From an uncultured delta proteobacterium (lineage in GTDB: Bacteria; Myxococcota_A; Polyangia; Polyangiales; Polyangiaceae): DNA of 64,000 bases. Under the pieces are notes generated by a model. That model was not told where the DNA came from, ran no database searches, and saw nothing but the letters and a program-made list of their open reading frames with translations. A program made the position numbers and the translations under genes. The DNA lies in the NCBI GenBank assembly GCA_963841435.1, contig CAWJCS010000006.1, forward strand, positions 1,728,001 through 1,792,000, read 5' to 3'. Every line of letters begins with the position of its first letter. Position 1 is the stretch's first letter. Of this stretch, positions 50,374 to 59,621 are shown one piece after another.

Positions 50374-52321
50374 GTGAGCCAAGGGGCGCGCGCTTGGCTC
50401 GAGCGCGGGGGGCTCGTCGCCTTCGCGACCGGGCTCGTGCTCCTTTTGACCCTACTCCGCTTCGACCCCTTCACGTTCCGGGGCGACGGGCCCGTCTACT
50501 ACCTGCCCGTGATCTCGACGGTCACGAGCGCATTGCTCGACGGGCACTTTCCGCGCGTGCTCTGGCAGCTTGGGGCCGGCTGGACCCCGTTCGAGGCGGG
50601 GCAGATCGGCCTTGGCTACCCGCCGTATCTCCTCGTCGGGCTCGTGTGTCGTTTGATCGGGCGGCCGCTCGCGTTCCTGACGGTCTCGGCGATCGTCCAT
50701 CTTTCGCTAGCAGGGCTCGCCGTGCGCGAGCTCGCCCCGCGCAGCGTACCCGCGCGCCCGCGCCTCCTGGCCGCGCTTGTCGCCATGGTCCAGCCCGCGC
50801 CGTTGCTGCTCGGCATGCCCTGGCACGTCGTGATCGCCGCCTACCCCTGGGGACTCGCGCTGTCGTTGCTCCTCTGGCTTTCGGACCTTCACGACCGACG
50901 CGTCGCACTCGCGATCCCGATCGTGAGCACACTCCTTTTCTGGGTCGGGCACCCGCACACGTTCCTCTGGACCTGGCTCCTCGTCGGGACGGCAGGGCTC
51001 GTGCTCCGGCGGCCGTCGCCGCGGCAGCTCGTGAGCGTGTGGAGTCCCTTCGTTAGCGCAGCGCTCGCCGTCGTGGTGCCGCTCATCTGGCTCTGGCATG
51101 CGGCCACCACGGCGAACGTCTCGTTCATCCGGGAACGCTGGGAGCCGGGATTCTTGTTGCTCCACGCGCAGAGCCTCGCGAACGTCGTGCCGGGCATCCT
51201 CGTGGGGAATCTGACGGGCTGGGTGCGGCTCGAACGTCTGGGGCCACGATGCGGAGGCCGGCGCGGGGATCTTCTTCTGCCCGTTGCTCGTCGTCGCCGC
51301 GATCGATGCGTTGCGACGACGGCGCTTCGGCGTGATCCTGTTCTTGCTCCTGTTCGCGATCCTCGTGGGGCCGCGCGACCTCGCTGTCGTGTCGCTCATC
51401 GCGCGCGGACCGCTCGCGGGCACGCGCTGGACGTGGCGGTTCACAGCGGTGATGCTGCCGCCCATCGCGGTCGCGATGACGCTCGGCGCGCGGCCGGGCG
51501 GCATGGGTGCCGCCGTGTACGAGCCGTCCCGGCGGCGCGAGATTGCCGCCGCCGCCGCCCTCCTCGCGAGCGTGGTCGTGGTGTGGCGCGGAGCGTCATT
51601 CGACCTCGCAACGGTCTGGTGGGACCACCGAGACGCAGGCATCGAGGGCCTCGTCCGCGAGACCACCCGCTTCAGCGCGACGCTCACGCGGCCCGCGCGA
51701 GTCGCGCTCGTGGGACGGCACCGGCTGCTGTCGAATGGGGCCCCCGTACCGCTCGCCTACGCCGGGCTCGTCGGCAACGCGCCGCTGCTCGTGCCGGGCC
51801 TCGAAACGGCTCACATCCACGAGCCGCTCGAGAGCGAGGCCGCCGCGCGCGAGCACTGGCGTCTGACGACACCGTGGCGGAGCGCCGTACCCCAGGAAAT
51901 CTTCGTCGAGGAGCCCGAGCGCGCCCGCCGGAGCCTGGAGGCCGTCGGGGTCACGGCTGTCGTGGCGCTCGATCCGAAGCTTTTCCCCGCCGATGTGAGG
52001 ACGCGCACGTTCGTCAGCGATCGTGGCCGAAAGCTCTGGGTGCGGGAGCTCTCACCCTCTCCCCCGTACCCGCTCCGCGGCCCCGGCGAGCGGCTGCCGG
52101 ACGGATCGCTACGGGTGGCCGATCCCGAGAGCCTGCGCAAAACGCGTCCGCTCGTCGTGTCGCGCGACGCCGGGGCGTTCGTCGCGCGCCCGCCCCTGCC
52201 CTGGGCCTACCTCGTGCTCGGGCTTCTTGGCGGCCTCGCCGCGCTCGCGTTCGCCCTCGCGCCGTTTCGGGGAGGCACGCTGCGCCGGGAGCTACGACGC
52301 GGGGCCCCGAGCGAGCCCTAG
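50374..52321 (+). CDS. Polytopic membrane protein, YfhO/GT-C-like glycosyltransferase, with a +1 indel near 51234
   Basis: About 12 hydrophobic segments; GD...YYLP, W...G..Q.G..YPP and GHPH motifs; C-terminal TM. Confidence 0.55.
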
Positions 52322-54202
52322 CCGGGGGGCTGCGGCATCGAGCTCCCGGAGCTCGGCGAGCCGCACCTGAACGATGTCCTCGAGCACCGGGTCCATGCCA
52401 CCGAAACGCTCCATCAACGCCCTGGCCGCCCGCTCGATGGCAGCTCGCTCACCCGTCTGGACGAGGTAGGCGAGACCCTCCTCGAGCGTCGCGCGCGTGA
52501 CGCCCGGCGACACGGTGACGGCCGCCCACGCGGGCGTCGCCACCGCCTGATCGCCGAGCTCCGCCGCGAGGCGCGCGCGCCGCTCGGGATCCCCGTCCTT
52601 GCCGAGCCGACGCAGCTCGTCGCGCGCGCTCACGAGCTCCGGCAGCCGCTGAAGGAGGTACCGTGCCCCACCGTCGCCGCGAGCGGCGAGGTCCGTCAGG
52701 CTCTGCTTGGCATTCTCGATCTTGCCGGCCTGGATCTGGAACACGGCCACGAGGAGCGCATCCTTCGGCGTCACCCGACCCCCGTCGCTCGCGAGCAACC
52801 AGTGGAGCGCCTGGTCGTAGTGGCCGAGCCGCGCGAGACAGAGCGCCGCGTTGTACTGGGCGTCGTGGCGATGCGGATCGTCGTAGTCGAGGGCGCGCTT
52901 CGAGAGGGCGAGCGCGTCGCGGAAGCGTCCCGCTCGAAACTGGAGCCCCGCGAGCTCCACGGCCGCGGCGTTGTTGACGGGCGGCGTCTCGAGGTACGTC
53001 TCGACCCAGAACGCGATTTCGTTCGACCAGACCCGCACCCGTAAGAGCGTCGTCACGAACAGGGCGACGAGCAGCGCGACACCGAGACCGCGAGCGAGCC
53101 GCCGCGCCCGAAACAGCCGCTCGACGCCGGGCGCGAGCGAAAGCGCGAGACCCGCGGCCGGCAGGTAGAGGAAGCGGTCGGCCGCCAGCGTGCGAAGCGG
53201 GATGGGGATGACGTGGAGCACCGGCAAGAGCGCGAACCCGGCGAGCGAAAGCCCGAGCGCTTCGGTACGGCCGATCCGGCTCCACAACCGAGCGAGCCCG
53301 ACTGCGAGCGCAGCGAGCACCACGAGGCCCATCACCGTCCCGAGCACGCTCACTGCCCCGATGCGCCCGATGACGGCACGCGGCTGGAACGGGTCGAGCA
53401 GCATCCACGCGTAGGTCCCGAGCGCTTCGAGCACCACCCGCAGGCGCAAAAGCGCCCCCAGCCGCGTGCCTTCGTCGTGAACGCCCACCACGGCGAGCCG
53501 CAGCCCGAGGTAGCAGACGACGGCAGCGGCGAGCGGGGCGAGCCGCGGGACGAGCAGGCGCAGCCGGGCGCGCAGGGGCACTCCCCGCTCGGCCACCCAC
53601 TCAGCGACACCGAGCGCAAGCGGCGCCGCGAGCGCCGACTCCTTCGAGAGCAGCCCGCCGAGCACGAGCACGGCGGCGGCCACGCGCCGGGCAGGCCCGG
53701 CACCCCAGACGGCGAGCGCGAGGATCGAAAAGAGCCCCGCGAACAGGTCGGCACGCCCCGAGATCCACGCGGCGGCCTCGGCGAGCCGCGGCAAGAGCGC
53801 AAACCCCGCGGCTAGCCCCGTCGCCGTGACCGCGCCGATACCCGAGCGCCGGAGCAGCCAGAGCAGCGCGAGCGCCGCGCCGAGGTGCAGGGCGACGTTC
53901 GTGAGGTGAAGGCCGCCAGCGTTCGTCCCGTGCAGGCGGTGATCGACCGCCAGACTCAGCGTGACGAGCGGCCGGTAATAGCTCGCGCTGACGGGCTGCG
54001 CGCCCTCGCCCGCCCAGAGCGGCCTCGCGAAGAACTCGGACAACCTGCCGCCGTGCTCGACCATGGGGGCGTCGAGAATGAGCAGACGATCATCCCAAAC
54101 CAGCGTTCCCCCAAGCGCTTCCACGTAGGGAACCAGAACAGCGATGACGACGACGAGCGCAGCAAGCACACCCCACTCTTTCCCGGGCTCCGCGGCGCTC
54201 AA
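52292..54202 (-). CDS. TMTC-like GT-C protein glycosyltransferase with C-terminal TPRs
   Basis: VWDD, YYRPL, H..NV.LH, EAAAWISGRADL, LLSKES, ADRFLYLP and WSNE..FW, followed by TPRs. Confidence 0.8.
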   Translation of the reverse strand: MSAAEPGKEWGVLAALVVVIAVLVPYVEALGGTLVWDDRLLILDAPMVEHGGRLSEFFARPLWAGEGAQPVSASYYRPLVTLSLAVDHRLHGTNAGGLHLTNVALHLGAALALLWLLRRSGIGAVTATGLAAGFALLPRLAEAAAWISGRADLFAGLFSILALAVWGAGPARRVAAAVLVLGGLLSKESALAAPLALGVAEWVAERGVPLRARLRLLVPRLAPLAAAVVCYLGLRLAVVGVHDEGTRLGALLRLRVVLEALGTYAWMLLDPFQPRAVIGRIGAVSVLGTVMGLVVLAALAVGLARLWSRIGRTEALGLSLAGFALLPVLHVIPIPLRTLAADRFLYLPAAGLALSLAPGVERLFRARRLARGLGVALLVALFVTTLLRVRVWSNEIAFWVETYLETPPVNNAAAVELAGLQFRAGRFRDALALSKRALDYDDPHRHDAQYNAALCLARLGHYDQALHWLLASDGGRVTPKDALLVAVFQIQAGKIENAKQSLTDLAARGDGGARYLLQRLPELVSARDELRRLGKDGDPERRARLAAELGDQAVATPAWAAVTVSPGVTRATLEEGLAYLVQTGERAAIERAARALMERFGGMDPVLEDIVQVRLAELRELDAAAPRLGLARGPAS

Positions 54203-54207
54203 AGCAC

Positions 54208-54251
54208 AAAAACGAACCGGGCCCCTTGCCTATCGGCAAGGGACCCGGCTC
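54208..54251 (-). terminator. Rho-independent terminator after pilA
   Basis: Minus strand GAGCCGGGTCCCTTGCC-GATA-GGCAAGGGGCCCGGTTC followed by GTTTTT. Confidence 0.8.
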
Positions 54252-54272
54252 TCGAACCCCGAGCGGGTTGGG

Positions 54273-54851
54273 CTATTCCTCGGGGTCGGCGGGCTCGTCC
54301 ATCGTCGTCGCGAGACGCAGCACGCCGCTCAGCATGGCGCCGCGGTACATCCACGCGCCACCAGGCGTGCCGTCGGCGTCGAGGTCGCCGATGGCAATGG
54401 CCGAGAAGCCGTTGCCGTTAGCCGTGTTCGTCGGATCCGGCGCGACGTAGTTGTATTGGTAATATACCGGATCGTTGAGCGAGAAGCGCAGGCAGCGCCA
54501 CCCGTCCCCATTCCAGTCGTCCGGATTGGGCTGCACCTTCTTGCCCTTCGGCACGCCGACCGACGGCACGGCGCTCGCGCTATCGCACATGCGGTGCACG
54601 GCGTTCGAGCCACCGTTGGCCGCCGCAAGCGTGGCCGTCATCGACTCGCGCTCGAACGCCGACACGGCGTCCTTGCCGAGGCGACCGAGGTTGTTCTTGG
54701 CCTCGCCGGTCTTGGCGTTGGTCAGGTACTTCTTCACGCCGTAGATGGCGAGCGCGGCCAGAATGCCGATGATCGCAACCACGATCATGAGCTCGACCAG
54801 TGTAAAGCCTCGTTTGGCGCGGAGCTTGGCGCGCAATCTCATTATCCTCAT
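54273..54851 (-). CDS. pilA: Type IVa pilin, probably the major pilin
   Basis: KRG|FTLVELMIVVAIIGILAALAI; RBS AAAGGA; own terminator. Confidence 0.85.
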   Translation of the reverse strand: MRIMRLRAKLRAKRGFTLVELMIVVAIIGILAALAIYGVKKYLTNAKTGEAKNNLGRLGKDAVSAFERESMTATLAAANGGSNAVHRMCDSASAVPSVGVPKGKKVQPNPDDWNGDGWRCLRFSLNDPVYYQYNYVAPDPTNTANGNGFSAIAIGDLDADGTPGGAWMYRGAMLSGVLRLATTMDEPADPEE

Positions 54852-54945
54852 CCGTCGTTCCTTTCGTTGGGGTGGCTCGTTCGAAGACGCGACAAGCCAC
54901 CCGACTCGTCGCTCCTTGCCGCAAGGCGGCGCGTGACAGACTTCT

Positions 54946-55515
54946 TCATTCGGTCTCGTTCTCCGAATAGATGGCGTCGTTGAAGTTCGAGCCGATGAAG
55001 AGGGCGTAGGTTCCGTTGCCATCGCGGTCGGCCATGGCGCGCACGACGTACCAGTTGGGCGCGGTCCCGGGCAGGCTGCCCGCCGTCGCGCCGAGCACTC
55101 CCGCCGACGGCACGCCGGCGCCCTGCCCCGCTTGGCACGCATAGCCGAACTGCACGAGCGTGCTCGGGACGACACCGAGCTGTCTCCACCTCGCGAGCTC
55201 CGTGGCGTTGCCGACGTCCCACGCCATCTTGATGTTCTTGCTGAGGTCCGCCTTCGCGGCGAAGGGGAAAAAGGAGCCCGAGGCCTGGTCGACGCTGCTC
55301 ACGTCCAGGTAGCGAAAGCGCTCGTCCTTGTACTGCTCTTGGGCGGCGCGCACGCTGTTGATGATCTCGATGGCTTCCGAGGTTTGGCTGGCGAGCACGT
55401 ACTTTCTGACTCCGTAGACGGCGAGCGAGGCGAGGATCGCGATGATCGCGACGACCACCATGAGCTCGGTCAACGTGAAGCCACGCTCAAACGCCGATCG
55501 AGCCCGAAGGGTCAC
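54946..55515 (-). CDS. Type IV pilin paralog 2
   Basis: ERG|FTLTELMVVVAIIAILASLAVYG; the GTG at 55515 lies downstream of the sigma54 box. Confidence 0.85.
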   Translation of the reverse strand: MTLRARSAFERGFTLTELMVVVAIIAILASLAVYGVRKYVLASQTSEAIEIINSVRAAQEQYKDERFRYLDVSSVDQASGSFFPFAAKADLSKNIKMAWDVGNATELARWRQLGVVPSTLVQFGYACQAGQGAGVPSAGVLGATAGSLPGTAPNWYVVRAMADRDGNGTYALFIGSNFNDAIYSENETE

Positions 55516-55525
55516 GCCCAGGAGC

Positions 55526-55541
55526 TGCAGGTGCCGTGCCA
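55526..55541 (-). promoter_or_regulatory. Sigma54 (-24/-12) promoter for pilin2-pilA
   Basis: Minus strand TGGCACG-GCAC-CTGCA. Confidence 0.75.
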
Positions 55542-55696
55542 GGCGGCCGGATCGGCTCCGCCACCGCGCGCCCCGCGCATCGAAGTCGGCGGCGCTACCC
55601 GAACCCCCCGGAATCGCCGTCAAAATCGACTTCGAGCGTGTCGTGCGAGGAGCTCGTTGGCCCCACGTCTACCCACAGCTGCTGACAGTGGCACCG

Positions 55697-55742
55697 TGCC
55701 GCAAATCGTCACTCCGAAGCTGAGATCTGCCGAATTTCGTCG
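55697..55742. promoter_or_regulatory. Tandem enhancer (UAS) sites, putatively bound by PilR
   Basis: TGCCGCAAATCGTCA (55697-55711) and TGCCGAATTTCGTCG (55728-55742), 31 bp apart (about three helical turns). Confidence 0.55.
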
Positions 55743-55753
55743 CCCGACCGGCG

Positions 55754-56332
55754 TCATTCTCCATCGTTGATGGTCACGACCTTTGGCGTCCAGCTTGCGG
55801 CCGCGACGTAGGAGAACGTCGTGTCCCCGTCGGCGTCGGCGCGCGCCTGGATGAGGTACCAGGGCTCGTTCGGGGCGACGGGTGGCAGCGTGATGGCTGC
55901 CGTGGCCATGTTCGGCGTGGGATCCTCGTCGGGGTTACCCGCATCCGCGCGGAACTGAAATTCCACCCTCTGGCGAATGTCGGGGTTTAGCCGGTACCAG
56001 TCGTCGCTGCGCGAGTCTCCACCGCCACGCGCGGCCATCCAGAACGAGCTCTTCTGGTTCGGCGGCGGCAGGTCCGGATACCACTGGCTCGCGTTCGGAA
56101 CGTCGTAATAGACCTGATTCAGTGCTCGATACTGCTCCTCGGCCGCGGCGATCGACTTGACGACCACGATCGCCCCCGCGACGTTGGACTCGTTCGCGCG
56201 TTTCCTGAGGCCGGCGACCGCAAGGGCCGCAAGGATGCCGATGATCGCCACCACGACCATGACCTCGACGAGCGTGAAACCGTCGCAAGCCCGTCGCCCT
56301 CGGAAAACCCCGCCGGGATGACGAAAGCCCAT
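55754..56332 (-). CDS. Type IV pilin paralog 3
   Basis: DG|FTLVEVMVVVAIIGILAALAVAG; alternative ATG at 56350 overlaps the pilR stop. Confidence 0.85.
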   Translation of the reverse strand: MGFRHPGGVFRGRRACDGFTLVEVMVVVAIIGILAALAVAGLRKRANESNVAGAIVVVKSIAAAEEQYRALNQVYYDVPNASQWYPDLPPPNQKSSFWMAARGGGDSRSDDWYRLNPDIRQRVEFQFRADAGNPDEDPTPNMATAAITLPPVAPNEPWYLIQARADADGDTTFSYVAAASWTPKVVTINDGE

Positions 56333-56349
56333 CGGATCACAGGATAGCA

Positions 56350-57798
56350 TCAGCTCTCGCCTTCGTCTGCCTCTCCTTGGTCGCTCGGAGGGCTTTCGTC
56401 GTCGGATGCGCCGAGGCCGTGCTTCGCGAGACGGTAGCGCAGGCTCCGGAACGTCACGCCGAGCATCTTCGCCGCCTGCGTGCGCACGCCGCCCGTGCGC
56501 TCGAGCGCGGCAATCACGAGTCTTCGCTCCGCTTCGTGAAGCACGGCGTCGAGCTCGCAACCTTCGGGACCCAGCCCCAACAAGCCATGGTCCGGAGCGC
56601 CGAGCTGACCGCTCAGCTCGGCAGGCAGGTCGCCAAGCCCCACGACGCGCGCCCCCGCGAGCGCCACCGCTCGTTCCACCACGTTCTCGAGCTCGCGCAC
56701 GTTTCCCGGGTAAGCGTAGCGTTCGATCGCACGCAACGCGTCCGGGGTGAACCCGACGACGTCTTTGCCCATCTCCTCGGAGAACCGGCGCAAGAAACGC
56801 TCGGCGAGCAGCGGGATGTCCTCGCGCCGCTCGCGGAGCGGGGGCAACGTGAGGCGGATCACGTTGAGGCGATAGTAGAGATCCTGCCGGAAACGACCGG
56901 CCTCGACGTCGGCCTCGACATCACGATTGGTCGCCGCGAGGACGCGGACGTCGACGGGCACCTCGCTCGAAGCCCCCACGGCCCTGACGGCGCGCTCCTG
57001 AAGCACGCGGAGCAGCTTCACCTGCAGGCTCAGCGGCAATTCGCCGATCTCGTCGAGCAGCACGGTGCCGCCCTCGGCTTCGCGCAGCAGCCCTGCCCGC
57101 CGCTTGTCGGCGCCCGTGAACGCCCCTTTCTCGTGGCCGAACAGCTCGCTCTCCATCAACGCTTCGGGCAGCGCCCCGCAATTGACGACCAGAAAGGGTC
57201 CGCTCGCCCGTTCCGACTGTCGATGAATCGCGCGGGCGACGCGCTCCTTGCCCGTGCCGCTCTCGCCGGTGATGAGCACCGTGGCGCGCGTCCGGGCGAC
57301 GCGCTCGACGACCTCGAGGACCTTCTGGAAGGAGGGGCTTTTGCCGGCGAGCTCGCGCTCCCTCTCCCCGCGCACCTGCGCGCGCAGGCGCAGATTCTCC
57401 GTGGTCAGCGCGCTCTTCTCGAGCGCCTTCTCGACGAGCGCTGCGAGCTCGTTCGGCTGGAACGGCTTCGCGACGAAGTCGTAGACCCCGGAGCGCATCG
57501 CCAGGATGGCATTCTCGACCGTCGAATGGGCCGTCAGGAGCACGACCTCCGTCGCCGCGCTGCGCCCCCGCGCGACCGACACGAGGTCGAGACCCGAGCC
57601 GTCGGGCATCGATAGATCGGTGAGCACGACGGGAAAAGGCTGCGGCTGGCCGAGAATCGCCTCGCAAGCGGCACGATAGCCGGGCGCGGTGACCACGGTG
57701 TAGCCCTCGCGGCGAAACATGATTTCGAGCATCTGCCGGAGGCTCGGCTCGTCCTCGACGACGAGCAGCTTGACCGGGGGCGGGACGATCGAGGTCAC
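56350..57798 (-). CDS. pilR: Sigma54-dependent response regulator, PilR-like
   Basis: REC (VVEDE, TDLSMP, KPF), [27 protein letters not shown] and [14 protein letters not shown]; adjacent to the pilins. Confidence 0.85.
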   Translation of the reverse strand: MTSIVPPPVKLLVVEDEPSLRQMLEIMFRREGYTVVTAPGYRAACEAILGQPQPFPVVLTDLSMPDGSGLDLVSVARGRSAATEVVLLTAHSTVENAILAMRSGVYDFVAKPFQPNELAALVEKALEKSALTTENLRLRAQVRGERERELAGKSPSFQKVLEVVERVARTRATVLITGESGTGKERVARAIHRQSERASGPFLVVNCGALPEALMESELFGHEKGAFTGADKRRAGLLREAEGGTVLLDEIGELPLSLQVKLLRVLQERAVRAVGASSEVPVDVRVLAATNRDVEADVEAGRFRQDLYYRLNVIRLTLPPLRERREDIPLLAERFLRRFSEEMGKDVVGFTPDALRAIERYAYPGNVRELENVVERAVALAGARVVGLGDLPAELSGQLGAPDHGLLGLGPEGCELDAVLHEAERRLVIAALERTGGVRTQAAKMLGVTFRSLRYRLAKHGLGASDDESPPSDQGEADEGES

Positions 57799-57891
57799 GG
57801 ACGAGAGAACGCTAACATGGAGCGTATTCGAGAATTTTTGTCCGTCTCGCATTGTCCTTGCAAGCGCGGCGGTTCGCTCTACTTTTCCAGG

Positions 57892-59562
57892 GTGAGCCTC
57901 GAGCGCGCCCGGACCCCCCTCGCCTGGGCTCGGGCTCTGTGCGCCGGCGCCCTGCTCGCCGCCCTCGCCACGCTGCTCGGTGCCTGCGCCGGCGCCGCGG
58001 GCGACGCCGGCGACAACGGCGGCGTCGGGGGCAGCGGCGGTCGCGCTGGCAGCGGCGGGATCCCTGCCCTCGGCCCCACTCTCTCCTTCCCCGATCCGGA
58101 CCCACTCTCGCTCGAGCGCGGCAAGACGGCGACGCTCGAGGTGCTGGCGGAGCCGGCCGGCATCTACACGGTGCGCTTCGCGCTGCTGCCCGGCCCCGAG
58201 GGTACGTCACCCGGCGACGCCGCCCTCAGCGCCACCGACCTCATGACCGACGCCGGCGGTGTCGTCGCCGTCGAGCTCACCGCTCCGACCGCACCCACGA
58301 CCTTCGCCGTGCGCGCCTCGGCCACGGGCTCGATGCCCGTGCAGCGGCTCGTCCAGGTGCAAAAGACCGGCAAGGCAGATCTCAGGGTGGTCGCCGAATA
58401 CTCCGGCGGCCGCGAGGTGACGCGCTGGTACGCCACGGCGCAGGCGAACCAGACCTGCGCCAGCTTGCCGGACGAGCCGCTCAACGACAATTTCGACTGG
58501 ACGGCATCCTCGACGAACGAGCCGATCGACCATGTGGACCTGCTCGATGTCGTCGCCGACACCCCGCTCGCCGTCCTCTTGCGCGCCGAGCACTACGCGT
58601 GGGGCTGTGTCACGTTGCCCGGTGTCACCGAGGGCGTCGACAACCGCGTGCAGGTGCCGGTCACCAACGTGCCCATTCAGCTCGCGAGCAGCGAAATTTC
58701 GGTATCGTTCGACTTCGACGGCTACGCCGGCGCGCTGCTCGCGGCGCTCGAGCCGACGCGAGTCGCCGTCCTCGACGGCCTCGTCGGGAGTCGCGAGGAC
58801 GACGTCGAGGCGCTGCTCGACGCCATGCACGAGGCGAGCACGGGCGACCAAACGAGCTTCGCGTCGGCCCGCACCGCCGAACGCTGGGACGCCGTGCTCC
58901 GCACGGAGATCGGGAGCAGCGCGCCACGCTTCCTTCGCGATCCGCTCGACCGCTGGCTCACGGCGGGCCTCGACCGCGTCAGCGCGGGCACCCTCGTCGG
59001 CACGCTCGCTTCGACCGGCACTGCCCCCGACGGAGCCGAGCTCACGTTGGCGTCGGTCGCGGGGCTCGACCCCACGGGCCTCGGCTTCGACACGAAGAAC
59101 GCCACCACCTGGTACGCCGCGTCGTCGCCCGCCGACGGGGTGTTCTTCGGGACGACGCTCGCCTTCGCCGCGTCGCGCCTCGTCGTGGGGGCCGCCGAGC
59201 CCCCCGCGCTCGACGAGCAGCCGGCGGTGAAGGATCTCGCGGGCGCGCTCGCGGCCGCGCTGCCATGCAGCGCCGTAGCCGACGCTTTGACGGCGCATGG
59301 GCAGGCGCTAGGCGAGTCGTACGCGGGTTGCGACGCCACGTGCACCGAAGCGCTCTGCGGCGTCGCGCTCGACGCCATCGTGCTCGATCTCGCCGGTCTT
59401 TCCGGCTCTAGCCGTGCGAAGCTCGATCTGGCCGGCGCAGCTGACGCGCGCGTGGGGTCGGAGGCCGAGGTCGTAGCGCTCGACGGCACGTGGGTCGGGG
59501 ACCTAGCCATCGACAGCGACGCCGCATCGCTCGGCGGCTTGGTCGTCGCGCCGGCCCCCTAG
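57892..59562 (+). CDS. Large acidic lipoprotein of unknown function
   Basis: LLGAC lipobox, Gly linker, beta-rich domain and Cys pairs. Confidence 0.7.
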   Translation: MSLERARTPLAWARALCAGALLAALATLLGACAGAAGDAGDNGGVGGSGGRAGSGGIPALGPTLSFPDPDPLSLERGKTATLEVLAEPAGIYTVRFALLPGPEGTSPGDAALSATDLMTDAGGVVAVELTAPTAPTTFAVRASATGSMPVQRLVQVQKTGKADLRVVAEYSGGREVTRWYATAQANQTCASLPDEPLNDNFDWTASSTNEPIDHVDLLDVVADTPLAVLLRAEHYAWGCVTLPGVTEGVDNRVQVPVTNVPIQLASSEISVSFDFDGYAGALLAALEPTRVAVLDGLVGSREDDVEALLDAMHEASTGDQTSFASARTAERWDAVLRTEIGSSAPRFLRDPLDRWLTAGLDRVSAGTLVGTLASTGTAPDGAELTLASVAGLDPTGLGFDTKNATTWYAASSPADGVFFGTTLAFAASRLVVGAAEPPALDEQPAVKDLAGALAAALPCSAVADALTAHGQALGESYAGCDATCTEALCGVALDAIVLDLAGLSGSSRAKLDLAGAADARVGSEAEVVALDGTWVGDLAIDSDAASLGGLVVAPAP

Positions 59563-59621
59563 CGTCCGCGACGATCGTCGTTCGTGGACGAACGGGTCGA
59601 GCCGCGAAAGCTTCGGTGCGC

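Noticed and set aside
54273-54851. Electrically conductive (e-pilin) interpretation
   Set aside because: Full-length pilin with only about 8% aromatic residues by hand count and long aromatic-free gaps; no cytochrome genes nearby
54905-54940. Sigma54 promoter immediately upstream of pilA (TGTCACG...TTGC)
   Set aside because: Lacks the invariant GG and has the wrong spacing
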